NCBI GenBank assembly: GCA_977020255.1
Contig: CDROCS010001043.1
Coordinates: 868,001 to 932,000, forward strand
Reading direction: 5' to 3'
Length of the DNA stretch: 64,000 nucleotides
From: Obrimoposthia wandeli
Lineage: Eukaryota
The position numbers were made by a program, and so were the translations under genes. The notes under the pieces were generated by a model that saw only the letters and a program-made list of their open reading frames with translations, did not search any database and was not told where the DNA came from. Below, one piece after another: positions 38,791-50,216 of this stretch. How positions within the stretch are numbered: position 1 is the stretch's first letter; the number at the start of each line of letters is the position of its first letter.

Positions 38791-39069
38791 TTTCATATGT
38801 TTTATTGTTAGTATTTATTTAAATATCATCTTTAAGTTTATTAAAATATCAACATGAAAAAAATATTTAATTTATTCGCCAGTGATTGGATTAATAAGGA
38901 ATCATTGAAATTTTTAGGTTTAAATATAAATGCAATGATTAGTTATAGATTTATTAAACTTTCATTTGATACATAAAAATATATCATTTCATTGCTTGTG
39001 ATTGGATTAAAAATGTCTTAAATTTATATATATAGGTTCAAATTTATTAACCTCTTCATAATTTAAAAA

Positions 39070-39365
39070 ATGGAATTCATTAAATTGCAAAGCTTGGTAG
39101 CGAAGATAGAAGCAAACATCAGAATAAATGAGAAGAAAGGGGACTTAAGAAAGAGGATCCTCAATCAAAATTTGTATGCTGCTGTCGCGACCGAGTGGAA
39201 TCGCCGGGTGGAAATACAAGATAGGAGGCTAGCAGAACGACGTCGAATCGTGGAGTGGAATAAGAAGATCGAATTGGAAAAAAGGAAGGTGGATGAAAAA
39301 AGAAGAGAAGAGATGATGGATATTTGGAGGCAAGCAAGAAAAAGAATCCTCCAGTTTAAACCGGT
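39070..39365 (+). CDS. Small charged coiled-coil protein, copy A
   Basis: Frame conserved with 58760-59080; E/K/R-rich heptad-like pattern. Confidence 0.6.
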
Positions 39366-39770
39366 TAATTTTTTGATTAATTTTTGGTCTTTATTGATTA
39401 GGTTACATAATTGTTTAAATATTTTACATAAGCATACTAAATATAAACAATTTTATATATAATGTTTTTGTAAAATGGATAATAAAATTTGGAATAAATT
39501 ATACATAAAATTATCTCCAGATTTAATGGAAGATTATAAAAAAAATTAATTTTCAGAAAATTATACCGAGGAAATTGTTGGATATAAATTATGTAATTTA
39601 ATATCGAAATATTTAGGTATGTTTACATTTAATATAATTTATTTTAATATTCATAGGAGAATTGACAATATATACCAATCTTAACATGAAAGACTGAATA
39701 CTTTGTTATTTTAATAAATTTTTGATTTTTTCGTTATAAACAACGGGATTTGCTGCTAATTTAAATAATT

Positions 39771-40259
39771 ATGCAGGAATATATCATAGATTTTGAGGCT
39801 TTCATTAACAAAAATGGTGATTATATTATAAAAGAATTATGTATTATGGATGTATGCGACGTTTTTCATCTTTTGCATTTCATATTTCAAATAGATATCC
39901 CGTTTAAAAGTTTAGATTATAAGAAAAAATTTACTAATTTATATCTAACTAATTACTTTCATTTATTAAAATGGAAAGAAGGACATAAGGCTTTTTGTGA
40001 AATATGTATTTTCGATACAATAACATCTAATTTTGATATAGAAAATGGATTTTTTTATGTTTTAGATGAAATGGATGGCAAAAAATATAAGACTTTAAAA
40101 AAATATTTTCCCAAATTGAGGTTGAATACTTTAAATATTTCACGTGATCATCTAATAAAAATTCCACGAAATATTGGCTGTCCATATCGTAAACATGGTG
40201 ACCATTGCGCATATAAAAAATGTTTAAGTCTTTTTTATTATTACTTGACATGTAGATAA
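39771..40259 (+). CDS. Small DEDD/DnaQ-like nuclease-fold protein with C-terminal C/H cluster, copy A
   Basis: IIDFEAF..KELC motif and CPY..HGDHC. Intact 162-aa ORF, also intact in copy B. Confidence 0.65.
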   Translation: MQEYIIDFEAFINKNGDYIIKELCIMDVCDVFHLLHFIFQIDIPFKSLDYKKKFTNLYLTNYFHLLKWKEGHKAFCEICIFDTITSNFDIENGFFYVLDEMDGKKYKTLKKYFPKLRLNTLNISRDHLIKIPRNIGCPYRKHGDHCAYKKCLSLFYYYLTCR

Positions 40260-40489
40260 ACAATTCTTCTAATTGGAGAAATTCATTATTAAAATTTTAC
40301 AACTAATTACAAATAAGCCTTTTGATTGGAGGAATACAAATATTTTTTTTAACCAATAACAGATAAACAATCCTTCTCAGTGGACGGATAAATTCAATTT
40401 TTTAATCCAATAGGAAAAGAGCATGTGTGCATAAATTTTAGTATCTAAGCAAACACTTTCTTCATTTAAATCCCCGACAATTTGAAATA

Positions 40490-43400
40490 ATGACTATGGT
40501 AAGAATGTATATTTATTATTTCCTTATTAATATTTATTATTTCAGATTACTTGTATCCTGTTTCCAGCATATTGTGGTGCTTCGGCTCCGCATGGAGGAG
40601 AAACCTGCAGGGAGATAATGTCCGCCTACTATCGGACAAAGTCTCGCGGGATTCACTTCTTCGTCTGCCCCTTCTGCAGAACAATGGAGGAGAAGGAGTT
40701 TCGAGACTTCTTCGGTGAACATAGAGCTCATCTATCGTGTTTCACGGCCAACAACAAGAAGAGGGATATCGTGCAATTGGTGCACGATTCGCAGGCCGCT
40801 CCAGCTCCTGCTCCAATTCCAGTTGCAGTCGATCAACCCTTTTACGGTCCTGCCATTGGTCCTTCTGTCCCGGCTCCTGATTCTGCTGCTGCCCCATCCA
40901 TCAAATGACTAACAATGAGTGGATGAACGACATATCCGAAGAAGATTTTGAGGAGTTGGTACCAGCAACCCAATTCTCGAACAATGACTGGATGGAAAAT
41001 ATCACCCAGTCAGATTTCGAGATAGAGCAGCCTCAGTGGAGCGATAACTCCTGGTTGGAGACCATCGAGGAATCCGATTTCGTCGAGATAATGGACAACA
41101 GCTGGATGGATTCCATAAATGAAGAGGACTTCATTCCAGCTCTAGTTGGATTGCCTTCATTAGGTATTTTTTATTATTATTTTTTAAAATTGTAATTATA
41201 AATATTATTGTAATTATATATATTTTATTTTTTATTCAGGAAATACCGTGATACAATCGTCATCCGCTACGACAGCTATGCCTCCCCCATCGCGAGTGCC
41301 TACATCGATGTTAGCACGTCTTAAGGTAATAATTTTTAAAAATATATTTATTTCAGCAGCATCAGACTCTACAACAGCCGCTTCTTCATCGGCAAGGTCA
41401 GCTTCTACCACACCTACTCCAACTTCAAATGCAGCCTCTACAACTGCCACTGTCTCATCATCTGCGGCAGCATCTATCACGGCAGCATCGTCTACACCAG
41501 CTGCAATTGCCTCAACATCGGCAGCATCACCAATAGCAGCACCTTCAATCTCAGCTGCGTTTGTGTCAACTGTTAATATAAATAGTTGTCTTCCCGTTCA
41601 ATTAGAGGGAGGTTTGTCAGCGACTGTAGGAAGAAAGAGGCGAGGCCAATTTCTTAATAAGGTCCCACCAAAAAAACGTAGAGAAAACGGTGCTACTATA
41701 GAGTATCACCTAAATAATAAATATGTTATAGTTAAGGTGCCATTAGGAAATGAAATTTTATTAAACGTAGGTGTAGATTCAAATATTGAAAATCTTTTAA
41801 AATCAGAAGTGACTAAATTAGGACAGGCTAAGGTTCAATTTTGTGCAACAGTGCAGTTTAAAAATGTCAATGAGGCATCTAAAACTTGGGTATTTTCACA
41901 TAAACTAACTGTTTTCTATGATAATTTTGTAACTGAAATTGGAAGAAACCTAGATGAAAAAATTGCTAATTATAGTGAGTTAAGTAGTGGATGGAATCTA
42001 GTTAGAATTCAGGATGTTAGCTTTGTTCTAACAAAGTTCACTGACATGATATATCTTTCGGGGAGTTCATACATTCCTTCACCTAGATCTCTTCAACTTT
42101 CACGTTCCATTGTTAACATACAAAACAGTGATAACCTTTGCTTTCTGTATAGCGTGTTGGCCATCCTCAAAAAATCACTGAACATAGAGAGCGTGTCAGT
42201 AAATATACCCCTTTTTTAAATGAATTGCAGTATCATGGAATAGATTTTCCTGTTAAATTTACTGCGATATCAAGATTTAACATCTTAATAACTTGAGTAT
42301 TAATGTATTCAAATATAATACTGATATCCCAGTTAATGTAACAGATGAAGAAATTTTTAAAAATCCTTTTGTATATATGTAATTTATAGGAGCAAATATG
42401 AGAGGACTCAGGTCAACTTAATTTTGCTCGAACATAATAATAAATTCCATTATGCTGCAATTCCCAGTTTAGATCGTCTTCTAAATTTAAATAATGGAGC
42501 CTTACCGGTTAGGATAAGGTGTAAGTGGTGTCATAGATGTTTGCATGGATTCCGATCCGAGCTCTCTTACAGCAAACATCTGACATTATGTTCACTGAAT
42601 ATTGATGACAATACGCTATATAGCATGCCTAAGGATAAGGATTTAAAATTTTTGGATTGGGCAAAATGCATACCCGTGGAATTCAGGGTGTATGCAGATT
42701 TTGAGTCAATTTTAGCATTGCACGACCAGTATGAGAATATTCACCTACCGGCTTCGGCAGGACTACTATTCTTAGGCCCCAATATTACACAGTATCATAA
42801 ATTTTCCGGTCCAAATTGTATTTTAGATTTTATGTTAAAATTAGAAGAATTAGGAACAACAATTGTCAAACCGTGGTATGATCTCAATGCTCATCAAGCA
42901 ATGATCATGACAGGCATAGACTGGGTTAATTTTAAAACTTGTAGATTATGTTATTTATAGGGAACCCAGTCTAACTTACTCAGAGATCACGATCATGTTA
43001 CGGGGCGATACTTTGGAGCGGCGTGCAACCTCTGTAACCTTGGACGTCGTCTCCCTAAAAAAAACACGAACTCCCATCGTGTTTCATAACCTCAAAGGAT
43101 ATGATTTGCATCATATACTTAAATATGTGTTGGGTACATTAAGCTCTTGGGAAATTTCATGTACACCTCAAACTTCAGAGAAATATTTATCTTTAACTGC
43201 ATATACTGAATTCTGCAGTTTAAGATTCATAGATTCTCTGCAGTTTTTGAGCCAGTCTTTAAAAAATTTAACGGCATCTTTAAATGCATGGCCAATCACA
43301 CAGTCAGTGTTCCCAGCTTCGGTTAATGATAAGGGGATTTTTCCGTATAAATTTGCGAAAACCTTTGCAGATTTAGAAAATACTACAGAAATCCCACCCA

Positions 43401-44987
43401 TAACTGAATTTGAAAGTGTAAGTCTGGGTTAAGACTATAATGAGGCCCGTACATTTTGGGCGAATAATTGTCGAAATCTTCTTGAATATATGCTTTATTA
43501 TATGAAATTAAACATTTATCTTTTAGCTGATGTTTTTGAGTCCTTTCGTGTAAAGTCTTTAGCAGAAGATGGGCTAGATCCCATGCATTTCTTTAATTTA
43601 CATGGTCTTTCATGGGCAACAGCAATAAAAACTCTTAAAATTAATATCGAGTTACTGCAAGATCCCGTGATGTATCAAATGTATGATTATGGTATACGCG
43701 GTGGAATGACTTTTGTCAACAAACATCATGTTGTCAAAAAACAATCCACGGAGATTCTGTACATCGACATTAATAATTTGCATGGGTGGGCGCTTACTCA
43801 ACCTCTATCTCATGCCAACTTTAAGTGGGTTTATGATGAGAAAGAGTTGAATAAATTGATTTCAGATTTGGCTACTGTTGATACAGTTTCATCAAACGTC
43901 GGCTATTTGGTTGAGATTGACTTAAAAATCCCTCCCAATGTGCATGATAAATTAGATGATCTTCCAGGAGCACCTGTTCATCAATGTCCACCTAATTTAA
44001 AGGTTAAGAAATTATTGTTAACCTATGAAGATAAGTTGAATTATGTTGTGCATTGGCAGCTTCTTCAATTCTACTTAAAGTTGGGAGCGAAAGTTACTCG
44101 AATTCATCGTGCTATAAGCTTCAGTCAAAACTTTGTGTTTAAAGACTATATTGAGAAGAATTCAAGAAAACGTAATTTGGCCACTAGCAAATTCGATCGA
44201 GATTTTTACAAGTTAAAAAGTAATAGCTTCTTTGTAATAAAACTGTAGAGGACTTGCGGAAATGTATTTGTCTACGGTTCTGCAATGATGAGCGTAAACT
44301 AATAACATATACTAGCAAGTACAACTTCAAGCGTAGTTTTACAATTGCAGATGACTTGGTAGCAGTGTTATTAGGAAATTGAGTATTTGTCTCGATCGAC
44401 CGAGTTATATAGGTCAAACGGTTTTAGACATTTCTAAACTCAGAATGTACGAGCTTCAATACATAGAATTGGAGAAATATCGACGAGAATTCAATTGTGA
44501 GATCAAAATCGCAGCTGGGGACACTGACTCTTTCTTTTTAGAATGTAAAAATGTTAGTTTAAATAATCAATTATTACCGGCAATGTTTAATGACAACTTA
44601 TTAGATACCCATAAATATCACGCTAACCATCCTCTACACTCTATGAGGTTAAAGGATATTATCGGGAAATTTAAGGATGAAAGCGAGGGACAGGTTTCGT
44701 ATGATGATTGTATTTTCCTACGCCCTAAATGCTACAGTTTACATGCATCTAATAATACATGTTCAATGAGAGCAAAGGGTGTGGGAAGAAACAATCTTAC
44801 ACATGAGGCATACCGGAGAGTTTATGATACTGGGTGTATTGAAAGCGTTGAGCAAACTAGAATTATTTCAAGAGCCCATCAACTGTATTCCCATAAATCA
44901 ACCAAAATCGCTTTGAGTAGTAATGACGACAAGCGCTTTTGGGTAAAAAAGAACGCTAGCCTGGCTTATGGACACTTCCGAATTTAA
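40490..44987 (+). pseudogene. Protein-primed DNA polymerase B, copy A, spliced and multiply disrupted
   Basis: Motifs YADFES, FHNLKGYD, YIDINNL(H)G and AGDTDSFF. Introns at 40499-40545, 41164-41239 and 41326-41356. About eight stops or frameshifts relative to copy B. Confidence 0.93.
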
Positions 44988-45179
44988 ACGGTTTTCATTT
45001 TTTGATTTTTTTAGTTTAGTTTTTTAAAATTTTAGATCCCTATGGCACCTTGACTCTAACCTTTTGTTATTTCAAAACATTTTTTAGGATGGACCTTATC
45101 TTTGCTGACAGATCTCATTGTGATGTTGTTTTTAATAAATGTATTAAAATAAATTTCGTCTTATGTCTTTTATTATTTT

Positions 45180-45636
45180 NNNNNNNNNNNNNNNNNNNNN
45201 NNNNNNNNNNNNNNNNNNNNNNNNNNNNNNNNNNNNNNNNNNNNNNNNNNNNNNNNNNNNNNNNNNNNNNNNNNNNNNNNNNNNNNNNNNNNNNNNNNNN
45301 NNNNNNNNNNNNNNNNNNNNNNNNNNNNNNNNNNNNNNNNNNNNNNNNNNNNNNNNNNNNNNNNNNNNNNNNNNNNNNNNNNNNNNNNNNNNNNNNNNNN
45401 NNNNNNNNNNNNNNNNNNNNNNNNNNNNNNNNNNNNNNNNNNNNNNNNNNNNNNNNNNNNNNNNNNNNNNNNNNNNNNNNNNNNNNNNNNNNNNNNNNNN
45501 NNNNNNNNNNNNNNNNNNNNNNNNNNNNNNNNNNNNNNNNNNNNNNNNNNNNNNNNNNNNNNNNNNNNNNNNNNNNNNNNNNNNNNNNNNNNNNNNNNNN
45601 NNNNNNNNNNNNNNNNNNNNNNNNNNNNNNNNNNNN
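45180..45636. other. Assembly gap (457 N)
   Basis: Run of N; falls at the A/B junction. Confidence 1.
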
Positions 45637-45877
45637 CTCCGCCCGCCCTTTAGGGGCGGGCTCCATTCTCGCGAAAATAACTACAAAAACATGCGCTACA
45701 GTATCACTTGACCTCTCACAATTACAAATGTAAACGACCCGTGTCATACCCTAACATACACCACCCGTCCCTTCCGGGCGGGCTTCATTCTTGATCTACA
45801 GGCACGAAATACATCGGTCAGATAATTTAGAGGAGCAAAAACAAAATACGAGACAAAATTATTTTTCAAAATATTTA

Positions 45878-46282
45878 TTAAACATAATACAACATATTGG
45901 CTTCACTCAAAGTCCAGAGAGGCTGCATTTTCCCGTCATCAGCAAAACATCCATTCAGACGTATTGAGATATTCCATAGTTCTTCATCTAGAATTGGATC
46001 AATCAAATATCCTAGATCATCTTTAAAATCCAGACTGGGTTCAGTTTCAAGCTCGAAACAATTTCCTTCATATACATAATCAGGAATGTAAAATCCCAAA
46101 ATATTTTTCACTTGATCAAAATCAGTTGTTGTTAAAATTTCGATGAGATATTTTTTCTCCACTTTTGATATTTTCACAGGATTCATAACTCGTATAATTT
46201 GATGCCTCTTTAATATATTACATAGTTTTCCTTTTGAAATTCTTTCTGGATAATAAAAATTTGCTACACATCTCTTATCCAT
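45878..46282 (-). CDS. Unknown Polinton protein U2 (paralog of the adjacent ORF)
   Basis: Open frame from MDKRCVANFYY; the homolog begins at 63966 in copy C. Confidence 0.6.
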   Translation of the reverse strand: MDKRCVANFYYPERISKGKLCNILKRHQIIRVMNPVKISKVEKKYLIEILTTTDFDQVKNILGFYIPDYVYEGNCFELETEPSLDFKDDLGYLIDPILDEELWNISIRLNGCFADDGKMQPLWTLSEANMLYYV

Positions 46283-46415
46283 TCTAAAATAAGGAAACTG
46301 ATTAAAAACAATGTTTATAAAAAATACACATAAGATACAAATATTTAAAAAATAAAACTGATTATTAAATGAAAGAAACATAGTAAAACCGATTACAATT
46401 TATTACACACAAAAG

Positions 46416-46891
46416 TTAAAACATAAAAATATGAGCACGTTCAATTTTCCACATAGGCAACTTTGTTCCCATTTCATCTTTCTTGTAACCATAAAGTCGA
46501 ATTGTTACAGTCCATTGCTTCTTTTTCTGAAACGCATCAATATCAACATATCTTCCATAGTCATCTAGAAATGCTTCATCGGGTCCTCGGATATAAAATT
46601 CGTTCTTATTGAAAGTAAAATTCGGAACTGCCTTTTCTATTTTCTGTTTAAGATATTGAAAATCAGGTTTTTGAATACCTGATAGATAGTAGCTGAACTT
46701 TCTTATTTCAATTGTCACAGGATTTACTAAAGCAATCAGTTGAATCAGTTCAAGAATCTGACTTTGTATTTGAAATATTGTTTCACTTCTTCATACATAT
46801 CCTTATCCGATTCTTCAAACATTTCTTCGTCATCGCTTAATACCCGTTGGCTATCATCCATCGTTGATAATTTTCTTTGATATGAATGCAT
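46416..46891 (-). pseudogene. Unknown Polinton protein U1, disrupted near 46740-46760
   Basis: Homologous to 63358-63840; the lesions differ between the two copies. Confidence 0.6.
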
Positions 46892-47107
46892 TTACTGTGA
46901 TTTGTCCTCCAATGGCGCATTCTTTTATACTAATTTCTAACAAAGACATGAATCTCATTGGTTAATATAACTAAAGCATTGAATTTGATTGGACTTAATA
47001 TATCATCCAATTATAATAGGTTTGCAAGATAATTACAAGAAACGTGCAATAAAAAAGCAGGTTCAGACATATATAAAGAAGATTTTACAGAATACAATTT
47101 CAGTCTA

Positions 47108-47607
47108 ATGAAACTCGTAAATATAAATTATAAAGGTAGAACAGAAGATGATGTTTCATACTTACCATTCAATGAATGGAAGCCTAGACAATATGTAGAA
47201 AAGTTTGACAATTTCACAGTTGTTATTTTTCCTACAGGTTAGTTTTTTATTTTATTTTCATATTGAATTCTTTAGGAAATTGTCGTGTTATGGGATGCAA
47301 AATACCAATGCTTGGGTTCAATTTACCATTTGGAATTCAAATCACTGCAATACAATCAATCACGATTTCGGTTAATCTCGGGAAACAGATACATCTTTTT
47401 AAAACTGCAGAGAAAATGAAAGAAGAATGCATGTTTGAACCAGGAAATTTTCCTGCTCTCAGTTATTTGAAGTTTAAACCGCTATGTGTAAATATATTTT
47501 CCAGTGGTAAAGTTATGATATTGGGATTGAAAAATTTTGATTATCCAGACATAGTTGATTTGATTTTAGAATATATATCTTATTACATCTTGTTATCTTT
47601 TCTATAA
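47108..47607 (+). CDS. TATA-binding protein (TBP)-like protein, 2 exons (47108-47237, 47276-47607), 153 aa
   Basis: Two TBP-like repeats: LVNINY..TVVIFPTGNCRVMGCK and IQSITIS..FEPGNFPALSY..VNIFSSGKVMILGLK. These compare with LQNIV..TALIFSSGKMVCTGAK and IQNMVGS..YEPELFPGLIY..LLIFVSGKVVLTGAK of TBP. The 38-nt GT-AG intron restores the frame. Confidence 0.78.
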
Positions 47608-47635
47608 ACAAACCTGTTTAAACTTATTGTTTCAA

Positions 47636-47839
47636 ATGAATAATACTATAAATAGAGACAATGAAGTGGATCGGCTTGCCGATGAAATATTTTCTGGAAA
47701 AATTAGAGGTAAAGAAATTTTATCAGAATTAAAAAATAATGATATAACAAGAGATAACATTGAAATATTGGTTAGATCACACGTTATTCGAGAATTTAGA
47801 AATCGTACACAAATAAATAAAATTATAGCCAAATATTAA
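47636..47839 (+). CDS. Small unknown protein (~67 aa)
   Basis: Frame conserved in copy C (62355-62588). Confidence 0.5.
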   Translation: MNNTINRDNEVDRLADEIFSGKIRGKEILSELKNNDITRDNIEILVRSHVIREFRNRTQINKIIAKY

Positions 47840-47945
47840 TTAATTAATTTTTGTATTTCATCTACAATAGCTCTAACATTGTACATTTCAATAAGGAAAC
47901 TTATATGATAATATAAACAATATTAAAAATGAAAGAGTATATGCA

Positions 47946-48593
47946 ATGGAGCTAAATAATAATGCTGTATTGCAAATAGTTGGCACTAGTGGAAGTGGAA
48001 AGACACATTTCGTCTGTAAATTGTTGCAAAATGAATCTCTTTTCAAATCTAGTTTCAAAAATATTTATTGGCATCATGGTGGAGGAGGGGAAAGCGGGTT
48101 AACCAAAACAGAAGTTTGCAAGTTGAAGGGTATAAAATTTATTGAAGGATTTGATGCAAATTGGTGTGAAAGATTGAAAAAAGAAGATGTAATAATAATT
48201 GATGATTTGCATGAGGAGGCTAACAAGGAATCGGACTTTAATAATTTATTTACAAAGATTGCAAGACATCGTGAAGTAACAGTTATATTTATCACTCAAA
48301 ATCTGTTTCACCAAGGAGGTCATCATAGAACAAGAAATCTTAATGTACATTACTTAGTTTTATTTAAAAATCCTAGAGATCAAACAGTTGTTGATTTTGT
48401 GGCCAGACAGGCATTTCCTCAAAATAAGAACTTTCTAGTTGATTCATTCCACGATGCTGCTAAACAAGCACATGGGTATATATTTATTGACTTTACACAA
48501 GCTTGCCCAGATGATTTACGTGTTTTAACAGACATATTTAATTCTAAGGGAGTAACTGTTTATAAACAAATAGAGAACAATTATAAAAAATAA
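47946..48593 (+). CDS. Genome-packaging ATPase (A32/FtsK-HerA family)
   Basis: Walker A GTSGSGKT, Walker B IIIDD and ARH..IFITQNLF motif; intact. Confidence 0.93.
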   Translation: MELNNNAVLQIVGTSGSGKTHFVCKLLQNESLFKSSFKNIYWHHGGGGESGLTKTEVCKLKGIKFIEGFDANWCERLKKEDVIIIDDLHEEANKESDFNNLFTKIARHREVTVIFITQNLFHQGGHHRTRNLNVHYLVLFKNPRDQTVVDFVARQAFPQNKNFLVDSFHDAAKQAHGYIFIDFTQACPDDLRVLTDIFNSKGVTVYKQIENNYKK

Positions 48594-48766
48594 ATTCGCA
48601 ATGCCTTTTACAAAGTTGATAGTAAAACGTAAAGTAAAATCTAAGAAATCAAAAAAAAGAATCATTAAGAAAAAAGAAGTGAAAAAATTAATCAAATCTG
48701 TAATTAAAAATAAAAAAAAATTAAATGGCTTCGAATATAAACAATATTAAACATTAACTTTTTTAA

Positions 48767-49096
48767 ATGAAGAAAATACAAAGAAGCATACCCTATTTTA
48801 AAGCTTTAGTCAAAGCCTCTTCTAATAAGAGAATGATTATTCTTAAAGCATTTCCATCCTTTGTTGTAGATGATTTATTGGAAGTTTTGTATAATATAGT
48901 TTTGGGTCGAGTAAAAGTTGGAAATCGAAAAAATATATTAAAGAAATATAGAAAAACTCTTCTAGATATTGCTAATGTAAAAAGTAAAAAAAGGAAACGA
49001 AATATTATTCTTAAACAGAATGGTGGTTTCATAGTGGCTGTTATTCCAGTTGTTGCTTCAATTATCAGTAGTATTATAGCTGCGACACGTTCATAA
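48767..49096 (+). CDS. Conserved small basic Polinton protein with QNGG|F motif and hydrophobic tail (putative core/cement precursor)
   Basis: LYNIVLG..LKKYRK..KQNGGFIVAVIP resembles a small ORF I recall from animal Polintons. Confidence 0.6.
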   Translation: MKKIQRSIPYFKALVKASSNKRMIILKAFPSFVVDDLLEVLYNIVLGRVKVGNRKNILKKYRKTLLDIANVKSKKRKRNIILKQNGGFIVAVIPVVASIISSIIAATRS

Positions 49097-49182
49097 ACAA
49101 TTATTTATAAAATCAGCTAAAGATATGGGTGCTAGCCCTTCTTTACTTAAACTTAAATTTTCTTTCTATTCAAATTGTTGTA

Positions 49183-50215
49183 ATGGAGAAGATATGGTTC
49201 AATCCAAAAGATCCAATTGGCTACACAGGAGTTTCAAAATTAGCAAAAAGAACAAAACAAAATTACAAGAAAACGCAGAAATGGCTGAGCGACCAGTTAG
49301 CCTACATTCTGAACAAGCCGATGAGAAGAAGGTTTCCAACTAGAGCTTACAAAACCAGCGGTCCTAATAATTTATGGCAAATGGATTTGATGGAGATGAT
49401 TCCATATTCTTCCATTAATAAGGGATATCGATATCTTTTAACATGTATTGATGTATTTAGCAGGTTTGCTCGTGCAATTCCAGTTAAATCAAAGTCTTCA
49501 ATAGCTATGCTTGATGCCATTAAAGAAATATTAAAAGAGGACATTCCACAAAATGTGCAAACTGATTTAGGAAAAAAAATTTATAATAAGCAAGTTCAAT
49601 CATTATTTAAACAAAATAATATAAATCATTACTCTGTGTTTTCACAGTATAAAGCAGCAGTAGTAGAAAGATTTAATCGTACTCTAAGAGATCGAATAAA
49701 AAAGTATTTCACAAAAGAGGGAAATAAAAAATGGATCCAAGTTTTACCTAAAATAATACATGCATATAAACACTTTGAACATAGAGGTCTCAAGGGAATG
49801 AGACCTGTTGATGTTACTAATAAAAATTCTATGGATATTTGGATGAACAGGAATAAAAAAGAAAATATTAAAAAAGCTAAATATAAGAAAAACTAATATG
49901 TCCGAATTTCGAAAATTAGCTCTACTCAATTTATTAAAAACTTTGATCAGAATTGGAGCGATGAAATATTTTGTATAAGTAAAATTGATCAAAAGAGTAA
50001 TCCAATAATGTATACTATTAAAGATGCTGACAATAATATCGTTCACGGTAAATTTTACGAGCAAGAACTACAAGTAATATCAAATAAACCTAGCGTTTTC
50101 CGAATTCAAAAAATATTAAAATCTAAGGGTACAGGTAAACATAAACAATACTTTGTTAAATGGCATGGTTATTCAGACCCAACTTGGATATCAGCATCTA
50201 ATATAATATCAAGTC
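49183..50215 (+). pseudogene. Retroviral-type (rve) integrase with C-terminal chromodomain; frameshift at ~49893
   Basis: WQMDL, IDVFSRF, QTDLGK and VVERFNRTL (DDE triad). Downstream frame YVRISK..NWSDEIF..YFVKWHGY..TWI. Confidence 0.92.
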
Positions 50216-50216
50216 T

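Larger units (their letters stand above)
35816..45179 (+). mobile_element. Polinton/Maverick copy A, left part (terminus to end of pPolB), more decayed
   Basis: Starts AGTAGGTGGATGTG, sharing ~80 bp with the terminus at 61654-61733. Collinear inverted homology to ~53290-61100. Many stops and frameshifts. Confidence 0.9.

Noticed and set aside
41357-41580. Cys-rich and Gln/His-rich alternative frames upstream of pPolB
   Set aside because: By-products of GCA/TCA/ACA-rich low-complexity sequence. Copy B's phase-1 donor selects the Ala/Ser/Thr frame.
45050-45747. ORFs spanning the N run
   Set aside because: Artefacts of translating the assembly gap.
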